NCBI RefSeq assembly: GCF_000143415.4
Contig: NW_003314310.1
Coordinates: forward strand, 134,461-188,003
Direction: 5' to 3'
Length of the DNA: 53,543 nucleotides
Origin: Selaginella moellendorffii
Lineage: Eukaryota > Plantae > Lycopodiophyta
A model generated the notes under the pieces. It was not told the DNA's origin. It worked only from the letters and a program-made list of their open reading frames with translations, and did no database searches. The translations under genes and the position numbers were made by a program. This document shows positions 10,766 through 21,323 of this stretch, piece by piece. Numbering within the stretch: the stretch's first letter is position 1; every line of letters begins with the position of its first letter.

Positions 10766-12455
10766 CCCAACATCTCTGATTGAGGATCCAAAGTACTTGG
10801 ACACTGGTTCTATTATAGACCACGTGTCCAAGACACAGAAGCAAGCTCTTGGGATCCAAGCACAGCAATATTGCCTTTTGGGAGGCTCCATCTATCGCTG
10901 CACCGCACATGGGGTCCTGCTTTGCTATGTCACTGAGGCTGAGATCCCCAAGCTCTTGCAAGCTTTTCACTCATGCTCTAGACACTATGCAGGCAAAACA
11001 ACAGCTGGCACTAGAAACACTTGCTGGCATACTTGGCTGTGTCATGATGAATGGAAGGCCAATAGAAACCATGTCACAGAAGAAGCTGAGCTCAGCAATT
11101 CAACCCCCACAACAGCATTCCCCATCTTTCATTCTATGGGGCCTTTCTTCAAATGGGGTTTAGACTTCATCAGCCCTATTTCTCCCCCGAGCTCATGGAC
11201 ATTGATATATTTTGATGGCAACGGACTATTTCACGAAGTGGATTGAGGCAGTTCTTCTCAAGTGAGCAGACTAGACATCTACAGTAAAGTTCCTATATGA
11301 GTTTATTGTGTGCCAGTTTGGAGTTCCAGCTGTTCTAGTATCTGACTGCAGTGGTGCTTTACTTGGATGAGTTGTGGAGTATCTCTTGCAGCAGCTTCAT
11401 ATCCAACATGTCAAGAGCAGTAGCTACTATCCATAATCCAATGGGCAAGCTGAGTCCAGCAACAAGATCCTCAAGGCCATCCTCTCCAAGCTGGTGGATG
11501 AGCATCCAAGGAAATGGCATGAGCACTTACAAACTGCACTATGGGCATTTTGGACAATGTACAAGACGTCTATCTCAGCCACACCATTCTCCTTGGTCTA
11601 TGGGACTGAAGCTGTGCTTCTGGTAGAGCTCCAAGTCCCTTCACTCCAGTTCTCTTTGTGACAAAGTTCCAGCTTTCAAACGACATCAAGCTTGGGACAT
11701 CCTAGCTTTGGATGAACAGCAACAACATTCAGCTGAACACCTTCATGCTGCAAAATGTCAACTCAAAGCTAGGGAGGATCAACACAGGGTCAGGAGTAAA
11801 TACCAACCTAGACAGTTGGTTCTTCTCAAGGATCAAACTCCTACCAATAAGTTTTCTCCACGGTGGCTGGGTCCTTTCTTTGTCAAGTCTGCCACTCCTG
11901 GAGGAGCATACACACTCACAGATGAGACTGGACAGGAGCTCCCTCACTCTCACAATCACTCCCATCTCAAGTTGTTTCGGCGGTGAGATCTTTCCATTTT
12001 CTCTTTTCTTTTTATTTCTTCTCTCTTTCTTGCTTTTATTTCTGCTCTCACTCTTCTTACATATTTCTTCAGGCCAGGGAATCATGTGGATCAAGTCTCT
12101 TCCATGGTGAACACACTTTAGCTGCATTACCAATTATATGAAGACTCCTCAACTCTTGCTAGTTTGTGCTTCATTTCTTTGGCTTCTTTCCCTATATCAA
12201 TTCCATCCTCACATTCTCATCACCTCCATGCTTTAAAATTCCCTTCCACACACTCACACCATTGTTGCCTAGCTCTCACTACACATATTCAATCTACTCT
12301 TTCACATTTTCCACCATTCATCATCCATTCATACTAGACACTTGGGGACAACATTTCATCATAGAGGACAGGGGGGGGGGGGGATTTGTAGAAAGATTGG
12401 AGCATTTTCTCATGTTTGAGCAAGCATTGCAGGAGCATCCCTCATTCCCCCAACA

Positions 12456-13540
12456 AAGCTTCTCTCCCTCACTTCTAAAGAATTGAAAGATTCTTTTATG
12501 AGGCTTTAAGTACCCATTTAGGAGTCCAACCCAAATAGCATGAAGTAACAATATTGGTGGTTGATAACCATATTGACCAAGATCTCTTCCATCTAACCTG
12601 AATTAACAAAATCCCAAATGAACCCCAAGGTATACATAGGTTCACCACTCCCCCCAATAACTATGACTTGAGGTGACTTGAGCTCCACCAGATGCTCCAG
12701 CTTGAGGTGCTTCACAACCTCAAGGACTGACTGATTAGCACTAAAATCTAGCAACACCTCAACCTTTTGGCCAAAAATCATTGTTTTCATAATTGCATAA
12801 GGTTATTCTAGATAATCCTTCTTGAACATGGCAGTCTTTTCACCTTGCTTCTTCTTCCAATTGGCCTTAACTCTATGCCAATCTTCATCCACTTGTTTTG
12901 CAAGTAGTCTTAGGGCCCTCCAACCATCATTAGTAGTGAGGCTGAAACTGAAATTGTACAAGAGATTCCTTTATATACTTTGTCATCTCTTGGGTTCAGT
13001 ATTTGGCTCCCTTGGAGGTGGTTTTATCCTTTCTTCCATAGCCTTGGCCTTCTCAGCTACAGTCCTCTTGTTACATTCTTCAAGTCCTCTACTGTCGTTC
13101 TCGAGTGTGAATCATATACAATTGCAGATCCTCTTCTTCATTGTTGTGCTTAGAATCTAGCTTATTTGTCTCTTCCAGATCCCCAGCCCAATAATCCCCT
13201 TCACACTTGAAACATTTACCCTGTCTATTGCTTTGGACTTGATCTACCACCTTTATACCAAAGGCCACCATTTGGGGTCCATTTTGAGTTGGGCTTTTTT
13301 TTTTCTTATATGAGGTTTGTGGTCAAGCTCTAGACCTTCTTATGCAACTTTTCTGCAGTAGCATCTTCCACATTCTTTGCTTGGTCCGTAGATTTCACCA
13401 TCTTGTTCACCTTATGAATCTCTGTCTCATAGAAATCTTCTCCATGTTTGAACTCAATTGCTTGTGTTACTGCCTATGCATATGACTCCTATAAAGTGTT
13501 CTTCATACAATCTTTCAATAGAGTCCTCAATCCCTCAAGA
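12456..13540 (-). pseudogene. Element H: highly decayed gag knuckle plus protease of another LTR retrotransposon
   Basis: GKCFKCEGDYWAGD knuckle remnant (13089-13271) and VEVLLDFSANQS protease-like motif (12593-12790). Boundaries approximate. Confidence 0.55.
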
Positions 13541-13878
13541 GAACTAACCAAGCAACCAAAGACAACAACTCAAAATATAAATTATAAGGGGTTTAAAGAG
13601 GGAAAGGCCCCTTTTCCAATTAGTTAAGGGCATTGGGTTACTTAGGGTTAAGTGTCCTTAGGTTTGAATAATATTGAGCTAAATAACCTTTGAGGAAATC
13701 TAAATTTAGGAGTTTACATTTGGTATTATAGAGGGTCTCAAGTTTAACTTTGTTAGTTTAATAGAGGAATCATATCATATGTTGAAATTGACATTTAGTA
13801 GGTTCAATTTGCTTATGGCTTGGCTTGACCCAAGGAGTAAGGTGTCAAGAGAGTGAGGTTTTCAGAAGACCTATGGCA

Positions 13879-14060
13879 AAGTCCAAATTCAAGAGCATAT
13901 GGGCCTCAATTGCATTGTAAGCCGACTCAAGGCATTTGCAAAAGTCTGGATAGTTTCACTGCTGAGTGACCTCTTGAGGAGAAGTCCAAATTTAGGAGCT
14001 TACAAGGCCCAACTACATTGCAAGCCAACTTAGGGCATTTGCAAAATTCCAGAAAGTCTC
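13879..14060 (+). repeat. Diverged tandem duplication with a unit of about 104 bp
   Basis: agtccaaatt...cattgYaagcc.act.agggcatttgcaaaa at about 13880 and about 13984. Confidence 0.7.
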
Positions 14061-15129
14061 ATTGTTCTTCTGAGTCTTTGTGGCAAGCTCATATAGGAGT
14101 CTTCAATTATCCAAGTTGAGAAACTAATCTCTAAACTTCCACTCAAGCCAGTTGAGCCTAATCTCACATCCCTCTGGATCCCCTAGGAAATCTTCCTTTG
14201 AAGAATTCCACTAAACCTTGGCCGGTCCAGTGGACATTGCACTTTCAGCCCATAGCAAGGTGTTGTAGTCTAACCAACCATTCAATTTTGCTATGAAAAG
14301 GGTTGCCAACCAGTTTTGATTCTTAGTTGGTTTACCATCTCCCTTGAAACTAGGCAATTTAAACTTGCTAGAGATAGTGGCATCTCATTCACATAGTGTA
14401 GTAAGACCTCATAATCCACTAAACATCCTAGGAGGATTTATCAATGATCCTTAGCATACACTTCAAACATAGAGTTGTAAGTAACTAGGACATGAGGATC
14501 TTCCTTCTAGTGAACACTTAAGTATTTACATAGTTTAGTTCTTTTATGCCCCAACTAGAATAATGATTTTCCCCAAATCTTTGTTATCCTCTAGCACAAA
14601 TTCTCATTGCACAACTCCTAGGGAATATCTACATATCTTCACATCACACCTTCAATCAAACATGACTTTGACTATTTCAAGGGTTTGGACAGCACATGGA
14701 CATATGGTGTGGAAATGGGATGGAACATGCATAATGAATGATGAATAATGGTGTCATGAGTGACCAAATGAGTGAATGGTGAATATGAAAATAGAGAGGA
14801 TGATATGTAGAGGATGACATATAGAATGAAGTGACGTTGATAAGAACTTGGTATCTAACTTGGTATGACAATCTGATTAATAATCTTGGTAGTTAGGAAT
14901 AGGGTGCCACCATTTCCTTACTGTGAAAAGTCTCCACTGAATAGGGTTTCTTTAATCCTGGTGTGGGGAGACTAGCAGCTGGAAATTGTGTGCATCTGAC
15001 TAAAGTGCCTATTGGGTCCTAAGCCCACATCACCAGTGGATATTCTGCCACTTGGCCAGATGTGTGGCAAGCTCTTCTAAAAACATGGAAGCACAAAGTC
15101 AATGAGAGTAATAGTGCATACTAATATCT

Positions 15130-15790
15130 GAAGGGCAAGTTTGATTGTTCCCCCTTCCTTGATATCAAAGGGTAGTAGAATATTACATATCCTATCATTT
15201 GGTTGTGTAGGGAGTGAGACTAAATAGAGAGATCTGTCATCTTTTCTAGAAATAGCAAAGAATCTCCAGTATTAGCATCTATGAGGCATATTTGTAGAAT
15301 GTAAATTATAAAACTACAATCTAATGCCATTTCATATTTAATAAATTTTCATGATTGTTTCAAAGACTAACTCCTAAGACTGGGGTGTGGGGGGGTTGTG
15401 GGGGGTTTTAAATGTATAACAAGAGTAGTGGATAGGTTGGGTATGGTTGACTAACTTGAGGTGTAGTGGGTCTTGGGCCATTGAATAAAGGGATGGGAAA
15501 ATTCTTGAGTATATAATAAAGGAGCAAAGGAACTAAAGCATAGAATAATTCCTTAGAATATAACTCAAAGTGCAAAGGGACAAAAGTAACACTAGAATAG
15601 TTTTAGAGCATACAACATCTTAATGCTAAGACCAGCACACAAAATGGAGCTAAATGAAGTTTGGCACTACCACTATACTAGTGGTTTAATGTGAAGATAT
15701 AAATCTTTTATCAACTAGCATGGTATGGAGCTTAGGCTTTATCCAAGCCAAGCAAAGGATAAGCATGCAAAGCAAGGTTCTCCCTTAGTC
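15130..15790. repeat. Old diverged LTR related to element C, internally inverted
   Basis: 15290-15467 matches the reverse complement of about 23680-23950. 15468-15770 matches about 23350-23675 in direct orientation. Left boundary uncertain. Confidence 0.7.
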
Positions 15791-16059
15791 CATGTATTCA
15801 AGAGTTTAAATTCCATGTACTGCAAATATGTTTAGTCGTTTGTGTTTGTGGCAACCATGCACAACACCTTAATGCTGCAGTTTGCATCTTGAATGCTAGC
15901 AAAATTCTACAAACACATACACATTTTTTATTTAAATAATTATAAAAATATAAATTAATACACACAGATATAGAAAACCAACACAAAACAAGAGTAGAAA
16001 ACCAGTAAAAACTTGATAAACTCCTCATATTGTTGTTATTATCATCTTTGTCTGGTTTT

Positions 16060-16250
16060 ACATAATCCCAAGCCTTGATATCAGGCGGTGATTTTGTGCA
16101 CACAGGGATCCCTACACCCTTCAATTGCACAAGATGCCATTAATCCTCTTTACCACTCCTTGAAATTTGCTGTGGCAGTTTGCATTTCCATTTGCGAACT
16201 CTAGAGTGGTAGGATCCCATGACCACAACATGCTCTCATTCTACATTTGC
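16060..16250 (-). pseudogene. BED zinc-finger remnant, probably the N-terminus of an hAT transposase
   Basis: With 2 frameshifts it reads E(W)EHVVV...KWKCK.CHSKFQGVVKRI.WHLVQLKGVGIPVCTKSP, i.e. the W..C-x2-C..HL..C pattern of plant hAT zf-BED. Confidence 0.6.
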
Positions 16251-16305
16251 CATTGCTTGTGTGCAAAACATTGCCCACTGTTTGCAAAACACTACACATA
16301 TTCTT

Positions 16306-16324
16306 TGTGTGTGTGTGTGTGTGT
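16306..16324. repeat. (TG)n microsatellite
   Basis: Directly visible. Confidence 0.9.
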
Positions 16325-16421
16325 TTTAATTTCCCAGCCAAAGCAAAACAGATTTTGCGAACGTTTGGATATACTGGCAAACGTGTTCATAAGTAACCAT
16401 GAAAGAATGCTTCACTCCTAG

Positions 16422-16650
16422 TGTTAGGTGCCAGCTTTGACCACATGGTCAACATCAGTCAAAGAGAGGCTCAAGGGTATATTATGTTAGGGTAAGGGAT
16501 TTAACCTACCCTAAGGCCTACAGGGGAGTGGTGGTGCAGTGGAGCTTTTTGAGGTAACTCAGGGGTGGTTGGGTGATGAGGAACCTCAAAAGGTGGCATA
16601 GCATAGTCTAGGGCGACTAAATTTCTGTCTTTTTGCGCTGGATCATAACA
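16422..16650 (+). repeat. 5' LTR of D2
   Basis: Reverse-complement homolog of the D1 LTRs. TG...CA, with the PBS following. Confidence 0.92.
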
Positions 16651-16689
16651 TTGGTATCAGAGGAGTTGGTTGCGATGGCCAACCAAGTT

Positions 16690-18403
16690 ACGTTCAGCGA
16701 TCTCGCCGGATTGCAGCCCTAAGTTGTTTGAGGAGAGAGCTCGAAGGCACTAGAGAGAGAGTGTGAGAAAGAGGGAGGGAGCGAGTGTCCAGGGCGGCAC
16801 AAGCATCGCAGACCGCGGCAGCAACACACGGAGCTCGTCTCCCTCCTCTTTCTCCTCTTTTCTCTCGCTCTCTGTCGTTTTTATCGATATCTCCCAAACG
16901 GCTGGGAGAAACCTCGATTCCTTCGACGGGGGGCTTCTAGGAGTGTAGATTCTCATCCTCCTAGAAGGCCGCGGCGAGATCTGCCACGGATCTGGAGATC
17001 TCGCTGGCCCTAGGTCGCTGCTGTTTTTAGGGTTCTTCGGCGGCGGCTAGGGTTTTTCGGGGCTTAGAGATCTGGAGGAGTGGAGAGGGCAGCTAGGAAC
17101 ACCACGGCTGCAGCAGCTGGACGCTCTCCTCTCCTCCTCTTCTTTTTTCGCTTCTCATGGTTTCAAGTTTTTTGGGAGCTCATAACTCCTGAACGGCTTG
17201 GAATTTTTCCACAAAAATTCACAGGGGGATAGCTGGGAGGGAGCCTCACACCCTCCCAGAAGCGCAGGCAAAAATTCTTCACGGTCTCAGAGTTCTCACC
17301 TGCCCTAATTCGTGGCTAGGGTTAGGGTTCTTGGCTGGCTTTTGCCCTAACTGCGGTTAGGGCAGGACTTAGGGTGGCGGCGGGATCTTCGATCCGGCCA
17401 CTCTAAGTGTCAGGGATCTTCGTTGCATGTGGTTGGCACGGCAGCAACATGGTGGAAACGCAACGGTTGCTGGTCTCGCAGCTTCGAGCGGGATTTCTCG
17501 CCTTAGGTCGGGCCATGCAAGGTGGCGACTAAGGTACGGAGAGCGTGAAGCTGCATGTGTCGGAGGTTCTTGGCGACTTGAGTCGTGGAAACACGACCAA
17601 GTCATGGGAACTTTGTTGACTGGTGGAGGACAGTTTGGGACGACATCCCGACATAGCGAAGTGTCCGCGGTGGATGGACGTGGAAGACACTATGGGCGCA
17701 TTTTTGGATCTAGTGACAGGGAAGTGCTGTCACAAAGGGGGCCAGTGGCGGATGGCTGAGTTGGTTTGCTCGCGGAGGGGATCCCACATGGTTCTTGCTT
17801 CAGGGCTAGTCCTTTGAGGAGGTTCGCGGAGGCTTGCAAGTCTTGTGATTGTCGCGATGCCGGCAACGGGGGCTCGTATATCATTGAAGGGGGCCAGCGC
17901 ACTTGTCTAGTGTGGGAGGCAAGGTAGCATGCTCTAGTCTAGAGCTGGAGGAGGCTCACACCTCGCTTGTTCTACGCTTTGGAGTTTGTTCGCAATGGGC
18001 ACCGACTTAGTGCTGGAAGTACACTGGGGAGGTAGGCGCTCCAAGACACAGCATCACGTCTTGGGGCGTAACAGGTGGCTTCAGCTTGTGCAGTGGAGTC
18101 ACCTTGGAGGCGAGTGACCCATGAGCAACGCCGGGTCATCGTGCTCGAGTTGGACCACTTGGCTGCGACGACATCGAGCTAGATCGACATGGTGTTCGTC
18201 TGGCTTGTCATCATTGTGACCGAGTGGAGGAGTGGCAAGGCGAAGCAGGTGGCTTCAAGCTCCGCGGTGGAGTCACCTGGGAGGCGGACGGCCCAAGAGC
18301 AGCGCCGGGCGTTCGCGCTCATAGTTTCACTAGTCTCTTCGAGAGTGCGCTCTCAATGTTGTTTTGATCCCTTTGGGATTGGGGTAATGTACATACATGT
18401 TTA
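16690..18403. other. 1.7-kb GC/CpG-rich segment bounded by perfect 18-bp direct repeats
   Basis: gcgatggccaaccaagtt at 16672-16689 and 18404-18421. D1 appears to lack the segment. Confidence 0.75.
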
Positions 18404-18406
18404 GCG

Positions 18407-18993
18407 ATGGCCAACCAAGTTGAACGCTGGAATTCTATTCTTGATGGTGGTGCCGAAGATGGTGCCAACAAAGCTATAAAGATTTAGACAATTTAAGATG
18501 TTGTTCATGAATTGCGAGCCCTTAATTGAAATCGGTAAATGATGCAAGACAAGATACATGGCATGATGGATACCATACGTGAGCATGTTGAGGCACTCGA
18601 GGCTAGACGTGGTAGCACTCCAAATAAGCCTTCCTTGGTAGATTGACTCAAGATTCCAATCTTTTCTAGTGATGATGGTATGGATGACTGTCTCGTTTGG
18701 CTAGCCAATGTGAAGAAGTTCTTGGCTGTTAGGGGAACTCCGGATGCAGAGGCTTTAATTGTTATTTCAATGGTTTTGTGTGATGCGGGTCTACAATGGT
18801 GGAATTGGCTTGAGGAGTCTCATGTTGTGGATAAGAAACCACCAGTGTCTACCATGGATGAGTTTGAGGCTGCTTTCTTTTTACATTTTCCCCTCACTAC
18901 GACGTGGAGAATGCTCACACAGAACTTCGACATTTCCAGCAAGGGAAAATGACGCTCGGGAACTATATTGAGAAGCTTGCTCACTTGCTTAAC
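18407..18993 (+). pseudogene. gag: gag N-terminal part of D2, truncated by deletion
   Basis: MVLCDAGLQWWNWLEESHVVDKKPPVSTMDEFEAAF matches the D3 gag ORF 52932-53540. Confidence 0.85.
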
Positions 18994-19106
18994 TGTGATA
19001 AAACCCTTGCACCACAAGGGTAAAAGGGGGCATTTGTGAAGAGCATTGGAGCATTTCTCGTGTTTAAGTGAATGTTAGGGTAGGTGCCCCTTTTTCCCCC
19101 AATAAA

Positions 19107-19124
19107 TGGTGAACTTAACGTGAT
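19107..19124 (+). promoter_or_regulatory. Primer-binding site complementary to the 3' end of tRNA-Trp(CCA)
   Basis: The three copies (19107, 1729 minus, 33321 minus) give a consensus near tggtgaacccgacgtga. This is the reverse complement of the plant tRNA-Trp end ...TCACGTCGGGTTCACCA (recalled, not searched). Confidence 0.7.
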
Positions 19125-19862
19125 GCGTAGCGCTTTTTATTGCATTATTTTTCTCTTTTCTTTTTGGCCACAAACTTTGAGAAGCAATTTCTTGTTCGTT
19201 TTGCAGTGGTTTTGCTTGATCTTAGGTGTATTGAATAGGTTTTGAGCTCCTCTTTCTGACAAGCTATAGCACTCATCAAGCTGTGAAGTATTTGAGGAGA
19301 TATAATGTTTCTTGGTTTGGTTTAGTGAATATTTTGGGGTTTCTCCTTTCTTGCCTAGATTCTCGGCCCAATTTCTTAAGATAATGCATTTGGTTTTGTA
19401 GATATGGCCTAGATTTACAAGTAAATGTGCTTCTTGGTGCTAAATTTGGGAGAATTTATGGCATGCAAAAGGATTTTCTTCTTTAGCTAGAAAAGGGCAT
19501 CTTTGCAACAGAAATTCATGCTTCTCTAAGTTTTGTTTTGGATGCCATTTTTTTCTGGAAGTGCTTCTAGTCTTAATCTTTTTGATATCAACAGCACCTT
19601 AGTATTGATCCGAATTGATGACATGCAGATGTTTTTCCATAAAATTAGTGTTTTGGGCTATGTTTTCTTAGATCTTACAGGATATTAAGGCATTTTCGTT
19701 GCAAATTTTTAGAGTAATATGGTAGATGGGGTTGAGCTCTTTCCAACAAGCCTCCTTATAATCAAAATAGTGAAGGATCAAGACCAAAGTACTCATTTTT
19801 CTCTTTTATGCTAAACTTTGGTGAGAGTTTCTGGGAAAGAAGCAATCTTTGGGGAGTAGAAG

Positions 19863-20023
19863 TGTTGAGATGTGGCATCTCAATTCTCCTCCTTTCTGTG
19901 GCTTTGCTCACATCCTAAACTCTCTCTCTCCATGCTCTAACTTAGGATACAAAGTGTAAAACCCTTGATATTTCACCCTCATAGGGCTTTTATACAACCA
20001 TTTAAAATATTCCAGGAATTAGA

Positions 20024-20058
<35 letters not shown>

Positions 20059-20151
20059 ATGCCCACAGCTGCAATTGGGGTGTAGGAGGAGTAGGAGTAA
20101 GAGGAGTTAGAGCTGGAGTGGGAGTAGGAGTATATGGCTATGGTTGCAACA
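19863..20151 (-). repeat. 3' LTR of B, includes a (CT)n tract
   Basis: Direct repeat of 33322-33612. Confidence 0.8.
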
Positions 20152-20401
20152 GGTGATCACAGTGGATTGCCACTAGCTCCAACGTGGCGAGAATCCACAA
20201 CTAAGCTGAGGAAGTTTGATGCCAAGACCTGGTATCTGTTGCAAGTGGTAGAAACAAGAAAATATAAGGGAAAAGAAAAGTAAGAGAAAATGCTGCAAAG
20301 TTGAAAAGGGAAATGGAGTGTGAAGTTCTGGATTAGAGGGAAAACCACATGGAGAAAAATCTAAGCCAAAATTGGATGCTCAAATCAGGAAAAGTGATAA
20401 A

Positions 20402-21120
20402 GAGAGAAAAACAAAGGAAAAGAAGAAAAAGAAAGGAAAAACAAGGCACAAACCTAGACTTCAGCCTTATAGGTCCCCAAACCTTCGAGAAGTTCCTCTA
20501 ACACGCCCAACTCACCCCTAAAGTTCTGAAAAGTGGAATGAATACATTGTGGTAAATGATAGAGAAGGGAGCTATACATGATGTGATGTAACAAGATTGG
20601 AAGTAGCAGCTGATATGTCATTGGGATTTGATGTAGATTATGCTGCAACCCAGAATGAAGTGGCTTCTATGGCCAAACGAAGCTGGAAGTATGTGGAGTG
20701 AGGAGTTTTGTCTGCTCCACTAGTGAGTGTCTGGATGCTTGTTCTGTGCAGGCCTAACTGACTAAAAAAATGAGAGAAAAACAAAGAAAAAGAAGAAAAG
20801 AAAGGAAAAACAAAGCATGAACCTAGACTCCAGCCTCACAAGTCCCCACACCTCCTCGAACACACCTGGCCCATAGGGAAGAAAGTGAAGTGGAGTGAAT
20901 GCATTGTGGTAGATGATAGAGAAGAGGGCTATGCATGATGTGATGTAACAAGACTAGAAGTAGCAGCTGATATGTCATCAGGATTTGATGTAGAACTTGT
21001 TGCAACCCAGGATGAAGTGTCTTCTATGGCCAAATGCAGCTGGAAGTACATGGAGTGAGGAGTTTTGTCTCCTCCATTGGTGAGTGTCTGGATGCCTATT
21101 TTGTGCAGTAACTGATTGAT
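20402..21120. repeat. Tandem duplication, about 370-bp unit, in the B 3' region
   Basis: Units begin gagaaaaacaaag.aaaagaagaaaagaaaggaaaaacaa at about 20402 and about 20772. Confidence 0.85.
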
Positions 21121-21323
21121 GAAAAGAGCTGAAATGTCCCTGGATTTGCTATAAGTGTAATGGTTCAAGCTGTATCTTTTGTCTCCAACATCCAAAAAAT
21201 GTGATTTTTGTTGCGTTGTATTGCTGAATGTCTTCCAGATAGAGTGATGCTAGAAGATTCCAAGTACCATATATGAATGGTGTAGAAATGATGAGAAACC
21301 AAGAGTGGGTAGTTGTGATGATG

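Larger units (their letters stand above)
4805..12455 (+). mobile_element. Element F: 5'-truncated Tat-like Gypsy (RT, RNase H, integrase, 3' UTR, G-run PPT, 69-bp TG...CA end), interrupted by D1
   Basis: RT FYSFMDGF, LPFGMCNAEA, YMDDL (4805-5270). Integrase GPFFKWGLDFI, TDYFTKWIEA, KFSPRWLGPF (10771-11986). G-run 12371-12383. Terminal unit 12387-12455 is homologous to the 3' half of the A LTRs. Confidence 0.8.

Noticed and set aside
17020-17380. Interstitial telomeric array
   Set aside because: Only scattered single or double tagggtt motifs, not an array.
16690-18403. Intron whose removal would explain the D1 form
   Set aside because: No GT-AG pair within the 18-bp repeat register gives the D1 junction.
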